Under the pieces are notes generated by a model. The model was not told the origin of the DNA. It saw nothing but the letters and a program-made list of their open reading frames with translations, and ran no database searches. The translations under genes were made by a program, and so were the position numbers. From NCBI GenBank assembly GCA_965248195.1, contig CBDFIQ010000002.1, positions 2,176,001 through 2,240,000 on the forward strand: a DNA stretch of 64,000 nucleotides. The letters are read 5' to 3'. This document shows positions 44,510 to 54,563 of the stretch, in pieces. How positions within the stretch are numbered: the stretch's first letter is position 1; each line of letters opens with the position of its first letter. The stretch is from Longimicrobiales bacterium. Lineage in GTDB: Bacteria; Gemmatimonadota; Gemmatimonadetes; Longimicrobiales; Gaopeijiaceae.

Positions 44510-46015
44510 TCAGAAGCCGATGGGCCTCTCAGCAGCAGGGCACAGAGTGGCCCGGTCCGCACGAGTGAAATTTTCGTTGTTATCGTACTCGGAGTTCGGC
44601 ATGATCATCCGGACCCCGCCCTCCAGACCGAATTCCCGGGTGGGAAAAACCCCCTCGTCCCGCGGAAACCAAAAGAGGTCCACGTTCTGGATCTTCGTGG
44701 ACCACCAGCGTCCTCCCTCGAGCCAGAGCTCCCTGCGCTTTTCCTCGAAGACCATGTCCCGGATCTGGTCAGCGTTGCCGGGGTCCGCGTAGGTGACTCT
44801 CGGCAGGCCGTGAAAGTCGCGCAGGTCGTTCACGAGATCGATGGCGGACTGCCCGCCGTCGATTTCGGCCCGGATCAGCCACATCTCCCGCCAGCTGACC
44901 AAGGGGAAGGGGTCGTCCTCCTCCATGTACTTAGTGGGCGCGTCTCCGGGCTGGCCGGCGGAGCCCTCCTTGAAGACGTGCTCGACCCTCGTATCCCCCA
45001 CGGCTCCGGCGTCCACCGTCGTCCGGATCGGGATTCCGCTGTCCAGTATGGCCCGTCCATCGGGCATGAGGCCCAGGTTGAGGTACCCCGTGTAGGGGAT
45101 CAGGGCAGGCCACGGCAGGCCCGTCGCCGGGTTCGGCGTTGTAATGCCCTGGGCCCGGGCATCGGTCCCCGGCATGCTCCACCAGTCGTTGACGCGCAGC
45201 ATTTTACCGAACGGGAGCCGGAAGGCGGCTACCGCGACCTTGTTCCTCCGCTGGATTCCCACGTCTCGGGTCACCAGAGCGGTGAAATTCATCGGCACCC
45301 TCCCGACGTCGGCCAGCGCGCCGGTGAGGTCGCCTTTGGCCCAGCGCATCCGCGCGCGGAGGCCGTAGGCCATCGTCTCGGCGCTCGCCGCGATCCCGTG
45401 GGGCATTCCGAAATCACCGATGGTTGTGATGTGACCCAGCGCCGTCTGGATCCACTGCTCGCCCAGGGTCAACGTCGCGTCCGGCGACATGAGGGGACCG
45501 CCGTTCACGGCCATCTCGCAGAAGAACTCACCCAGAACCCCGATATCTGCCGCTATGTAGAGCGCGAGCTGCGCTTGCAGCAGCTCCCTGTTCGGCACTT
45601 CCGCGGCTGTCCACAGGGTGTCCAGCTTGTCGTAGGTCTGCTCGCCCACGGCCCTCGATGTTTGAATGTTCTGGTACCAGTTGGCGTCCTGCTCGACGCC
45701 GTCGCACCCCCCAGTCCCAGGACCGGTGGCGTACGTCGAGGGGGCGGCCATTCCTTGGATCCTCTCCCAGACGTCCTCGTGGCCCATCGCCTGTAAGGCT
45801 AGACTCGAATATGCGCACTCGAACATCGCGATGACCGAGTTCACCAGGGTCTCGGCCGCATCCGGGTCGTTCACAGCGTCGTCCGTCAGCTGGGAGGGCA
45901 GCTCCACTTCCAGCAGGGAGTCGCACGCGGTCAACGCACCGAGGCCAAAGGCGAGGATCAGGCATACGGTGCCTGCCTTCCCCAGCGCTCGAATGGTCGG
46001 TTGTCGGTCACTCAT
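44510..46015 (-). CDS. SusD/RagB-family outer-membrane lipoprotein
   Basis: LTAC lipobox, EMWLIRAE, EEKRRELWLEG, directly downstream of susC. Confidence 0.9.
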   Translation of the reverse strand: MSDRQPTIRALGKAGTVCLILAFGLGALTACDSLLEVELPSQLTDDAVNDPDAAETLVNSVIAMFECAYSSLALQAMGHEDVWERIQGMAAPSTYATGPGTGGCDGVEQDANWYQNIQTSRAVGEQTYDKLDTLWTAAEVPNRELLQAQLALYIAADIGVLGEFFCEMAVNGGPLMSPDATLTLGEQWIQTALGHITTIGDFGMPHGIAASAETMAYGLRARMRWAKGDLTGALADVGRVPMNFTALVTRDVGIQRRNKVAVAAFRLPFGKMLRVNDWWSMPGTDARAQGITTPNPATGLPWPALIPYTGYLNLGLMPDGRAILDSGIPIRTTVDAGAVGDTRVEHVFKEGSAGQPGDAPTKYMEEDDPFPLVSWREMWLIRAEIDGGQSAIDLVNDLRDFHGLPRVTYADPGNADQIRDMVFEEKRRELWLEGGRWWSTKIQNVDLFWFPRDEGVFPTREFGLEGGVRMIMPNSEYDNNENFTRADRATLCPAAERPIGF

Positions 46016-46051
46016 AATCGGTATCTCCTCCAGTAGTCGATCATCGGATGA

Positions 46052-46110
46052 GACCGTACGTACGGTAGGCGGCGGTGGCATCTACTCTGCCACCGCCGCC
46101 CCGTACGGTC
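46052..46110. other. Strong intergenic stem-loop between susC and susD
   Basis: GGCGGCGGTGGCA-7 nt-TGCCACCGCCGCC (13 bp), extendable by flanking CGTACGG/CCGTACG; no U-tract. Confidence 0.85.
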
Positions 46111-46125
46111 AGGTCAAGCTCGGTT

Positions 46126-49100
46126 TCAGAAGCTGACCCGCAACGTCATGTGCACGCTCGAGGTCGGTGGCGTGATGTAGTAAAAACCTCCACCATCGGG
46201 GCCGAACCCGGAAGTTTCGGGATCAGCGACGGCCACACCGCCGACAGTCGGGTGCTTCTGCCAGATGGTCCAGAGCTCCCGACCCGAGAACACGAGGGAA
46301 GCGCGGTCCGCGCCGCTTTTCGCGACCAGGGACGCGGGAAGCTGATACCTGACCCCGAGCTCACGCAATTTCCAGAAGTCCCCCCTAAACGCTTCGTCCA
46401 CGAGGTGGTCCCGGAAGGGGCCGGAATTAATACGGCCGGCCAAATATACGGCGTCGTCATTCTCCCAGTACTTCCGCACGCCGCTAAAATTGCCTTGCCA
46501 CGGGGCGTTGGACTCCTCGACCCAGCCACCGTGCTTACCCTGCGCCAGGGCGAAGATCTGGAGGGAGTTCTGGAGCAGGGAGACGGTGGGATTGACGGTG
46601 AATGTGTACGGGTGGAACCTCCGGCCGATCAGGAGTTCCAGTCTTCCAAGCCCTTCGCACTGCACTGCCGGGCCGCCCCTAGTGTAGCCGCGCGATGCAT
46701 CAAGAGCGCCGGCGGGACCCGTCCTCACCCCGCTGTCGCACATGGCGCTCGCTCGGTCGACCCCACCAGTTGGGAGCAAGTCGGCGCTCAAAACGGTGTA
46801 ATTGGTGGTTTCGTTCGGCCAAGGATACCCGAGCTTGATCTGACGGCCAGTCGAAACGTCGCCCAGCTCCTTGATCTCGTTGTCGGTGTGGGAAGCGTTG
46901 AGATGGAGGTCGAATGAGAAGTCGGCGCTCTCGTAGATCCGGCTGTTCACGACGACCTCCCATCCCCAGTTATCAAGCCGGCCCAAGTTCTGTTGGACCG
47001 AACCCGGAAAACCGACGCTCGGCGCAAGGCTCCGGTTCAGCAAGGCGCCTTTGTTCTGCTGGCTGTAGTAAGTGAACTCCGTGGAGACCCGGTCGTCCAG
47101 CACGGCCATGTCGAAGCCAAGCTCGAGCTCGGTGCTGACCTCGGGGCCCACCTCCGGGTTACCCGGCTGCACCGGAATGATGCCCGCCTTTCCGCCCGGG
47201 GCCGGAATCACTCCGTAGATGTTTGTGCCGGCGAAGGTGTTCGGCTGCCGTCCCGCCTTCCCCCACGCTCCGCGCAGGCGCAGGGAATTGACGAAGTCGA
47301 TGTTCCAGAAGGCCTCTTCCGAGAGGACATAGGTGGCCGAGAACTTCGGGTAGGTCTGCGCATCGAAGTCGGAACCGAAGGCGGAGTTGTCGTCGAAGCG
47401 GACCGCGGCGGTTACGAAGAGCCGGTCGTTCCAGCCCACCTGCTCCTGGACGAAGACGCCCAGCGACCGGTTCGTGATGTCATCGAAATTGATGATTGCT
47501 TTTTCGACCGGGACCTGGTTGATGGTCCTCGACAGCTCCGACGCGAAGTCCGTTCCTATGACCTGGATTCTCTCGTAGCTGCGGGAGTAGAATTGGCCTC
47601 CAAAGGACGTCTGGAGCCCCCAGGTCTCGGTCGGCTCGTAATTGACGCTGGCGGTGTACTCGAAGCTCACGTTCGTCGTGACGGGCCGTTCGTAGTCGAT
47701 CGTTCCCAAGGCCGTCTCGCGATAGACGGGAGACTCATCCACCGGGAAGTATCTCTCGTTCGTGTCCCATCCCTTGTCGAGCCCGAGGACGACGCGCTGG
47801 CTGAGCCACTCCCCGACGGTGTGGTTCAGCGTCCCGCCCCCGATGAACCGGTTGTAGTCCCGCGTGGTTTCGACTTCCGCGGCGTCCCCCGGGGTTTGCT
47901 CGTAGTACCCTTGCGTACGGGGGCAGTCTCGCGCACCCAGTTGATTCAACCCGACCACGCATTGCCAGATGGGGTCCTTCGTGTTCCTCCAAGCTCCGCC
48001 TTCACCGGAAACGGGGTCGCCGTACCTCGTGAAGCCGTCGGTGTAGCTCCCATTGACGTCGAACGTCAGGTTCTCGGCGAGGAGGAGGTTCAAGTTCGCC
48101 CTCACCCGGGTCTTCTCGTCCCTGTTATACCATTCGATCCCCTCCTCACCTGAGAAGTTGCCCGAGATGTAGTACCGGACGGAGGGGGTTCCTCCCCGGA
48201 CGCTGATGTCGTACGTCTCGATGCGACCGTTCCGGTAGAGGTTCTCCGTGGGCCAGTCGAACACTCGCTCCCCATTGGCGCCGAGGATCTCGCCGCTGAT
48301 GTATTTGTTCGACATGTCGTACATGTTGTACGGGATGAGGTCCCCGGCCGGGCAGGGGGGGGCGGCCGCCGAGGCGCACGTGAAGTTGGTGCCTATTTTT
48401 CCCGCCGGATCCATAAGGAAGTTCGCCCCCGTGCTCACCGCAACGTCGAACTGGGGCGCGCCCAACGCGCCCCTCTTGGTGATAATTTGGATCACTCCGG
48501 CGGAGGCCTCGGTTCCATAGAGGGTCGCGGCCGCAGGTCCCTTGATGATCTCGATGCTCTCGACCTCCTCCATGTTCAAGTCGTTTAACACGTTGGTATT
48601 ACCCCCGCCCAGGTCGTCGTCTGAAAATGAGCCACCGAAAGTCTGTCCGATGGGCGGGCCGGCCCTGGACTCGTTGTTCACCCGCACGCCGTCTATATAG
48701 ATGAGAGGGTTCGCCGACAGGGCGAAGCTTCCCATTCCGCGGATGCGGATCCGGGAGCCGGCCCCGACGGTTCCGGTGCGCCGTTGGAACTGGAGGCCCG
48801 GAACTCGTCCGGTGAGCGCGGCCTGCATCGTGGGGAGCGCGATCTGCTCCTGGAGCACGCTCGCGTCCAACCGGTCGACCGCATTCCCGAGCGCGCGCCG
48901 CCGGGTGCCACCCGCGGTTCCAGTCACGATGATCTCGTCGAGCGCCAGGGCTTCCTCGGTGAGAGTGAAATTCTGCTCCACCACCTGCCCACCACCCACC
49001 GTGACCTGCTCCGCGACCGTGCGGTAACCGATCCGCGCCACGTTGAGGTCGTGCGTGCCCGCGGGGACGTTCTGAAGCAGATAGCGGCCATTCTGCTGCG

Positions 49101-49290
49101 TGAGGCCGCCGAGGTCCAAGCTCGGGATGAAGACCTGGACCGCCCCAATCGGCAGTCCGGTCTGCGTGTCGAGGACTCGGCCGGTGACTGTGCCGCCTTG
49201 TTGGGCTGCGAGTCCCGGCGCGGCGATCAAGATCGCTGCCGTTAGCGCTCCCAGAACTCGCGTCATACCCAAACTAATTAATCTGGACAT
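46126..49290 (-). CDS. SusC/RagA-family TonB-dependent transporter
   Basis: Signal peptide, LDEIIVTG, PLIYIDGVR, IEIIKGPAAATLYGTEASAGVIQIITK, C-terminal Phe. Confidence 0.96.
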   Translation of the reverse strand: MSRLISLGMTRVLGALTAAILIAAPGLAAQQGGTVTGRVLDTQTGLPIGAVQVFIPSLDLGGLTQQNGRYLLQNVPAGTHDLNVARIGYRTVAEQVTVGGGQVVEQNFTLTEEALALDEIIVTGTAGGTRRRALGNAVDRLDASVLQEQIALPTMQAALTGRVPGLQFQRRTGTVGAGSRIRIRGMGSFALSANPLIYIDGVRVNNESRAGPPIGQTFGGSFSDDDLGGGNTNVLNDLNMEEVESIEIIKGPAAATLYGTEASAGVIQIITKRGALGAPQFDVAVSTGANFLMDPAGKIGTNFTCASAAAPPCPAGDLIPYNMYDMSNKYISGEILGANGERVFDWPTENLYRNGRIETYDISVRGGTPSVRYYISGNFSGEEGIEWYNRDEKTRVRANLNLLLAENLTFDVNGSYTDGFTRYGDPVSGEGGAWRNTKDPIWQCVVGLNQLGARDCPRTQGYYEQTPGDAAEVETTRDYNRFIGGGTLNHTVGEWLSQRVVLGLDKGWDTNERYFPVDESPVYRETALGTIDYERPVTTNVSFEYTASVNYEPTETWGLQTSFGGQFYSRSYERIQVIGTDFASELSRTINQVPVEKAIINFDDITNRSLGVFVQEQVGWNDRLFVTAAVRFDDNSAFGSDFDAQTYPKFSATYVLSEEAFWNIDFVNSLRLRGAWGKAGRQPNTFAGTNIYGVIPAPGGKAGIIPVQPGNPEVGPEVSTELELGFDMAVLDDRVSTEFTYYSQQNKGALLNRSLAPSVGFPGSVQQNLGRLDNWGWEVVVNSRIYESADFSFDLHLNASHTDNEIKELGDVSTGRQIKLGYPWPNETTNYTVLSADLLPTGGVDRASAMCDSGVRTGPAGALDASRGYTRGGPAVQCEGLGRLELLIGRRFHPYTFTVNPTVSLLQNSLQIFALAQGKHGGWVEESNAPWQGNFSGVRKYWENDDAVYLAGRINSGPFRDHLVDEAFRGDFWKLRELGVRYQLPASLVAKSGADRASLVFSGRELWTIWQKHPTVGGVAVADPETSGFGPDGGGFYYITPPTSSVHMTLRVSF

Positions 49291-49366
49291 TCCACATCCT
49301 CCCATGTCGAAGAAGACACGCGCTCGGCCGATCAACTCAGCCGCCCCTATCTTTTGCACCGAGGTC

Positions 49367-49395
49367 AGACTAGGCCGCAAACAAAAGGCTGTCAA
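49367..49395 (-). promoter_or_regulatory. Sigma70-like promoter of the susC operon
   Basis: TTGACA (49395-49390), 17-nt spacer, TAGTCT (49372-49367). Confidence 0.7.
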
Positions 49396-49702
49396 GCTCG
49401 CCAGAAATTAACCAAAATCAAGATTTCCACTGTCAGGTTCGACAGCGCTCTTCCGGGCGCGCACAGTAACGTCTCGCCGCAAAATCATCGTCTCGACCGC
49501 GTGCTCGACGACGCCCTCTCTTCGCAGCTCGGTGGTTTGCAACCGGCGATATCGGAAACTATAGTTGGCGGCAGTAACGGCTGTCGCATCGTCAGATGCC
49601 GTTACTCAGCACACGACGTAGCGGCTGGATCGAGCCGCGCCCTCAGGAGCTGACAGTAGGGTGGCAGGAAACGATCAACCTAACGCCAAGGGGAACTTTC
49701 CT

Positions 49703-51310
49703 ATGAAGCTGCAAGACGGCTGGAACCGCCGCGACTTCGTCCGGGTGACCGCTAGCGCCGCCGCGGGCGCCGCCGCCCTCCCCGCCCTGCCCGGATACTC
49801 GCGCGCCGAAGCCGCGACTCCCACCGCAACCCAGTCCGATGAGCTGGCGAGCCTGACGATTGCTCAGGCATCGCGCATGATCCGGGGGAGAGAGATCAGC
49901 TGCACGGAGCTCACGCAGGCCTGCCTGGCCCGGGCCGAGGCGTACAACCCCAAAGTCAACGCTTTCATCACGATCATGCACGAGGAAGCTCTCGCGCAGG
50001 CCCGGCAGCTCGACGCCGAGGCGAGCGCGGGGAACTTCCGCGGACCTCTGCACGGCATCCCCGTCGGGCTCAAGGACAACATCGACACGGCGGGAACGCG
50101 CACGACGGGCGGCAGCCTCGTGTTCGAGGAGAACGTCCCCGAAGAGGACGCCTTCGTGGTCAAACGCCTGAAGGAGTCCGGTGCCGTCATCATGGCTAAG
50201 GCCGGCCTTCAGGAGTTCGCGATGGGCGGGACCAACGTCTCGACGTACTTCCTTCCCGTCCGCAACCCTTGGGCGCTCGACCGCATCTCGGGCGGCTCTT
50301 CCGGGGGCTCGGCCGCCGCAGTGATCGCAGACATGACCCTCGGAGCGCTGGGCACCGACACCGGTGGCTCGGTCCGCATGCCCGCCGCCTACTGCGGCAT
50401 CGTCGGCCTCAAGCCCACGTATGGCCTGGTGTCCATCGGGGGGATCATCCCGCGCACATACTCACTGGACCACTGCGGTCCGATGACGAAGACGGCCGAA
50501 GACGGTGCCTTGCTCCTGTCCGGCATGGTGGGATACGACAAGCACGACGTGGCCAGCGTCGAGCATCCTCTCGAAGACTACCGCGCGGCCCTGAGTCAGT
50601 CCGTGAGTGGGCTCCGCTTGGGAATCCTGAGAGAGCCTTTCTTCGACTTCCTCGACGCCGAGATCGCGAGCGCCATGGAGGAGGCCATCGGCGTCCTGAC
50701 GGAGCTGACCCGGAGCGTCAGCGACACGCGCCTACCGCCCCAGGGGAAGTACTCGAGATCGTACCTCTCTGGGGAGATCGAGGCGTTCCACTGGGAGTGG
50801 TACCAGCGGAGCGCCGGCCGCTATTCGCTCAACCAGAGGCGGACGATCGCGGCCGTCCACAGGAGGCTCAACGACGTCGAGACGACGCAGTGCTCGACGA
50901 GGGTGGTGGACTACATCAACGCCCAGTGGGAGCTGCAGCGAATGCGGAAAACCATTGACGACGCCTTCGTAGACCACGACCTCGTCGTGCTTCCCACATG
51001 GCGCGTGATGCAGCCCACCATCAACGAAGCGCTCGATCGGGAAGAGAACGGGGGGGAGCCGACCGAGCCGAGGGCCACGTCGAACTGCTCACCCTTCAAT
51101 AGCTTCGGCATTCCCGCGGCCTCGATCCCATGCGGCTTCTCGGCAGACGGCCTCCCCATCGGGCTCATGATCGCCGGGCCGCGCTTCTCGGAAGGTAGAG
51201 TGTTAGCCCTCGCGAACGCCTATGAGAAGGCCACGGAATGGCATACCCGAAGGCCGGCCCTCAGCCTCGACATGCCTGTCCCACCCATCGACCGGAAGGA
51301 CCGCCGGTAG
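49703..51310 (+). CDS. Amidase-signature family protein, Tat-exported
   Basis: NRRDFV twin-arginine signal; LKD, GGSSGGS, DTGGSVRMP. Confidence 0.93.
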   Translation: MKLQDGWNRRDFVRVTASAAAGAAALPALPGYSRAEAATPTATQSDELASLTIAQASRMIRGREISCTELTQACLARAEAYNPKVNAFITIMHEEALAQARQLDAEASAGNFRGPLHGIPVGLKDNIDTAGTRTTGGSLVFEENVPEEDAFVVKRLKESGAVIMAKAGLQEFAMGGTNVSTYFLPVRNPWALDRISGGSSGGSAAAVIADMTLGALGTDTGGSVRMPAAYCGIVGLKPTYGLVSIGGIIPRTYSLDHCGPMTKTAEDGALLLSGMVGYDKHDVASVEHPLEDYRAALSQSVSGLRLGILREPFFDFLDAEIASAMEEAIGVLTELTRSVSDTRLPPQGKYSRSYLSGEIEAFHWEWYQRSAGRYSLNQRRTIAAVHRRLNDVETTQCSTRVVDYINAQWELQRMRKTIDDAFVDHDLVVLPTWRVMQPTINEALDREENGGEPTEPRATSNCSPFNSFGIPAASIPCGFSADGLPIGLMIAGPRFSEGRVLALANAYEKATEWHTRRPALSLDMPVPPIDRKDRR

Positions 51311-51333
51311 ACATGTGAGGTGTCCTGCCCGCC

Positions 51334-53004
51334 TCAATACTCGATCACATCGCCGGGGAGCGGCGGGGCCAGCGGCGTCGGTCGCCGCATCATCGTGGCC
51401 TGCTCGTAGTCGTAGGCATAGCCGATCAGCTTGCCTTCGTCATACGGCCTTCCCAAGAAGGAGATGGTCATCGGCAGGCCCTGGGAACCGAATCCCATTG
51501 GGACGACGATGCCCGGAAAGCCAACGGAGCTATACCCGGCAAGCGTGGAAGGACTGCGGACGTCGCCAGACGGCACGTAGGTCGGGTCTTCGGCGTTAAA
51601 CGTCGGATCTCTGACCGGCCGCGCAAAGCTGGCATGGAACGGAAACACCAGTGCATCGAGGTCGTAGGTCTCGAACAGATCGAGCTTCAGTTGGGTGTTC
51701 CTCGGCAGGACGTTCTCGATCAAGTCGCGGTAGTCGGGATGGTCGGTGGACGTCACGCTGGCCCGCTCCAGCAGATTCAAGACTGACTCCTCGGCGGGGA
51801 GCGATGAAGCCGCAACCTCTGTGTTGTAGACTTCGAGAAACTCCTCCACCGTCTTTGGAACCGCAGGCCCAAAGGTCGCGAGATAGGCCTCCCAATCGGC
51901 CTTGAACCGGTAGTCGGCGATCGGCCGGACCCCGCTCACGAACGAGCCGTCGAACGTAACGGGGTCGATGATTTCAGCGCCCAGCTCCCGCATGGTGGCG
52001 ATCGCGGCCTCGGCGAGGGCATCGATTTCCGGGTCGCCGCCGAAGTAGTCGCGCGCCACACCCAGCCGGGCGCCCTGGAGCGCGCCGCGCTCCAGAAACT
52101 GCACGTAGTCGAGGCCTTCGGCCGCCTGGCCAGCGGGGTGGGCAGCGTAGACGCTCAGATTCAGATTGTCCGGGTCGGCCGGATCGCGTCCGGCGATGGC
52201 GGTGAGCACGATCGCGATGTCGGTGACCGTCCGGGCCATCGGACCCCCGGTGTCGAAGTGCAGGTTCTTGGGTGCGATGCCATCTCGGCTGATGAGCCCC
52301 GTGGTGGGTCGGAGACCGACGATCCCGCTGAACGAGGCGGGGTTGCGAACCGACTGGCTGGTATCGGTCCCGACGGCGACGACACACAGATTGGCCGCCA
52401 CGGCCACCGCCGACCCGCTGCTTGACCCGCCCGCGCCGCGAAGCAGGTTGTAGGGATTGACGGTCTGTCCGTCGACCGAGTTGTAGCTGTTACCTCCCGC
52501 GAATTCTGCCAACGAGGCCTTGCCGAGAATCAACGCCCCCGCCTCTCGCAAAGCCCGCGTGATGAACGCGTCGTCCGGGGGAATCGCGTCCTTCAAGATG
52601 ACGGAGCCGTTGCTCGTCGGCATGTCGTCGGTGTCGATGTTGTCCTTGAGCAAGACGGGGATACAATGCAGGGCGCTCCGCGGGCCGCTGGACGCTCGCT
52701 CTTCATCGAGCGCTTGTGCGGCTTCCAACGCGCGAGGATTGACCGTAATGATGCTGTTCAGAAGTGGACCGGCGTCGTCGTAAGCCGCGACACGGTTGAG
52801 ATACATCTCCACGAGCTCTCGACACGTCAACGCGTCCGCGTCGAACGCGGCGTTGATGTCAGCGATTGTTGCCTCTTCCAACCGAAAGATCGAAGCCGGT
52901 GCCGGTGCCGGTGCTTCGGGGGCCGTCCGGCCGCATCCGCTCGGAATGAGGAGTATTGCCGATGCCAACGCGGCGACGACGGACCGTCTGTCAAGAGCAT
53001 TCAT
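51334..53004 (-). CDS. Amidase-signature family lipoprotein
   Basis: DRRSVV...IPSGC; LKD, GGSSSGS, DTSQSVRNP. Confidence 0.93.
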   Translation of the reverse strand: MNALDRRSVVAALASAILLIPSGCGRTAPEAPAPAPASIFRLEEATIADINAAFDADALTCRELVEMYLNRVAAYDDAGPLLNSIITVNPRALEAAQALDEERASSGPRSALHCIPVLLKDNIDTDDMPTSNGSVILKDAIPPDDAFITRALREAGALILGKASLAEFAGGNSYNSVDGQTVNPYNLLRGAGGSSSGSAVAVAANLCVVAVGTDTSQSVRNPASFSGIVGLRPTTGLISRDGIAPKNLHFDTGGPMARTVTDIAIVLTAIAGRDPADPDNLNLSVYAAHPAGQAAEGLDYVQFLERGALQGARLGVARDYFGGDPEIDALAEAAIATMRELGAEIIDPVTFDGSFVSGVRPIADYRFKADWEAYLATFGPAVPKTVEEFLEVYNTEVAASSLPAEESVLNLLERASVTSTDHPDYRDLIENVLPRNTQLKLDLFETYDLDALVFPFHASFARPVRDPTFNAEDPTYVPSGDVRSPSTLAGYSSVGFPGIVVPMGFGSQGLPMTISFLGRPYDEGKLIGYAYDYEQATMMRRPTPLAPPLPGDVIEY

Positions 53005-53110
53005 GGTTCCGCTTCTCCGGTGATTGGGGGCTGTGGCAGTAGAATCCCCGGGTCTATCGCGTTATGGGCGCCGCGGGCGGAAACCAAAGTGCTGCGGTTC
53101 TCGAGCCAGT

Positions 53111-54403
53111 CTACCACTGCGGCAGGTAGGTACGCCCCCCCTTGATGGTGCGCCAGGGCACGAGCCTTTCCCGACCGGTTCTCACTGCGCCATAGGAATC
53201 TTCGAACCTCTGCTCCCCGGTATGCATCTCGAAGATGGCGACATCGCCCTCGGCACCGACCTCAAGCGTCCCGATCTGGGCGTCCCATGCTAACGCGGAG
53301 GCCGGCACTGCCGTGGCCCTCCGCACCGCGTCTTCCAGCGACATCCCCAGATAGAGAAACTTGGAGAGTGTCGTGGCCAGATCATAGACCGGCCCTTCCT
53401 CGCCCACATTATATGCGTGAACGTCACTGCTGATCGTACTCGGCAGAACGCCCTGGTTCATGGCCATTTCCATGGTCTCGAAGGAAAAGCTTCCTTGGCC
53501 GTGTCCGACGTCGAACAGCACTCCCCGCTCCAAGGCGTCGCCCGCGGACGTCCGGAGAATTCCTTCGCCCGTCAGGATGCCCTGGTCACTTGACTCCGGC
53601 GTTCCCGACCGGCGGAAGCTGTGGGTGAGAATGTCTCCGCCTCTGAGCATCCCGAGAAGCTGATCAATGGGCGTTACGGTGCTGGTAATGTGCATCATGA
53701 TGGGTAGTCCAACAGCCTCCGCTACCTCGAGCGCCCGCTCCGTCGCGACTAGGTCGTTGGGGCCAGACTGCCCCCTCCCGTTGCGCACTTTTACGCCTAG
53801 GATTACGTCTCGATGCTGCTCGATCGTCTGAATCGCACGATTGACGTTCGCGTGCTCCAGGTCCTCCAGTTCTCCTCGCAAATTGGTGAGCATTCCCGTG
53901 ACCGAGATGTTCAGGAGCGCTCTAATCCGTGTAGCTTGCACGTCGATAACGTACTTGCGGAACCCGGGAAACGTCTGAGCCCCTGCGGAACCCGGATCGA
54001 GAACGGTGGTGGCGCCCCGGCTCAGGCAATACTTGTCCGCGTTGATGCCGTAGTGGGAGACGCCCTCGTAGACATGGGCATGCAAATCGACGAATCCCGG
54101 CGTCACGATCCGTCCATCCGCCTCGATGACTTGCCCCCAACCCGCAGAATCGATCCGTGGTGCAACTTCAGCGATTCTTCCGCCCCGGATGCCGACGTCA
54201 AATGTCCCGTCCAGGCCCTGTGACGGATCGATGACCCGCCCGCCGCGGATCAGGATAACCGCATCCTGCTCTCTCTCTCTCTTGAGCGAAGTCGGCGCGG
54301 CTGCGGCGACCTCCGGGCCATGGAGGCCTGCAGTCAATCCAGCAGCCGTTCCTGCGGCGGCTGTCAGAAAAGCACGGCGAGGGATGGCGTGTGTGTGGCA
54401 CAT
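53111..54403 (-). CDS. Amidohydrolase/deacetylase-family metallohydrolase (dihydroorotase-like), Tat-exported
   Basis: PRRAFL signal; PGFVDLHAH, GVKVR, MMHI, LTH, DVGHG, ISSDVH. Confidence 0.9.
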   Translation of the reverse strand: MCHTHAIPRRAFLTAAAGTAAGLTAGLHGPEVAAAAPTSLKREREQDAVILIRGGRVIDPSQGLDGTFDVGIRGGRIAEVAPRIDSAGWGQVIEADGRIVTPGFVDLHAHVYEGVSHYGINADKYCLSRGATTVLDPGSAGAQTFPGFRKYVIDVQATRIRALLNISVTGMLTNLRGELEDLEHANVNRAIQTIEQHRDVILGVKVRNGRGQSGPNDLVATERALEVAEAVGLPIMMHITSTVTPIDQLLGMLRGGDILTHSFRRSGTPESSDQGILTGEGILRTSAGDALERGVLFDVGHGQGSFSFETMEMAMNQGVLPSTISSDVHAYNVGEEGPVYDLATTLSKFLYLGMSLEDAVRRATAVPASALAWDAQIGTLEVGAEGDVAIFEMHTGEQRFEDSYGAVRTGRERLVPWRTIKGGRTYLPQW

Positions 54404-54563
54404 CTCGACTACCCCACTGAAAGGGGGAAGGTGAAATCCGCGGAACATCCATATACCCTCGGTGACCGCAAGGCAAGGGGAGCCAGGAGCCGTGCCGTGC
54501 GCATCCGGGCCGGGCTCCTTGCGCCTTCCCCACAGCTTTCTTGACTCCGATCGAGCGGGTACG

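Noticed and set aside
49703..51310. gatA
   Set aside because: Tat signal present, no gatB/gatC adjacent, and multiple paralogues nearby
53062..53072. TTATGGGCGCC as the XerC arm matching the half-site at 30854
   Set aside because: A 9/11 match to a moderately GC-rich 11-mer is expected by chance in 64 kb, and the adjacent 6 bp do not match
54484..54500. Sigma54 promoter CGGCACGGCTCCTGG upstream of the amidohydrolase
   Set aside because: The essential -12 GC is GG
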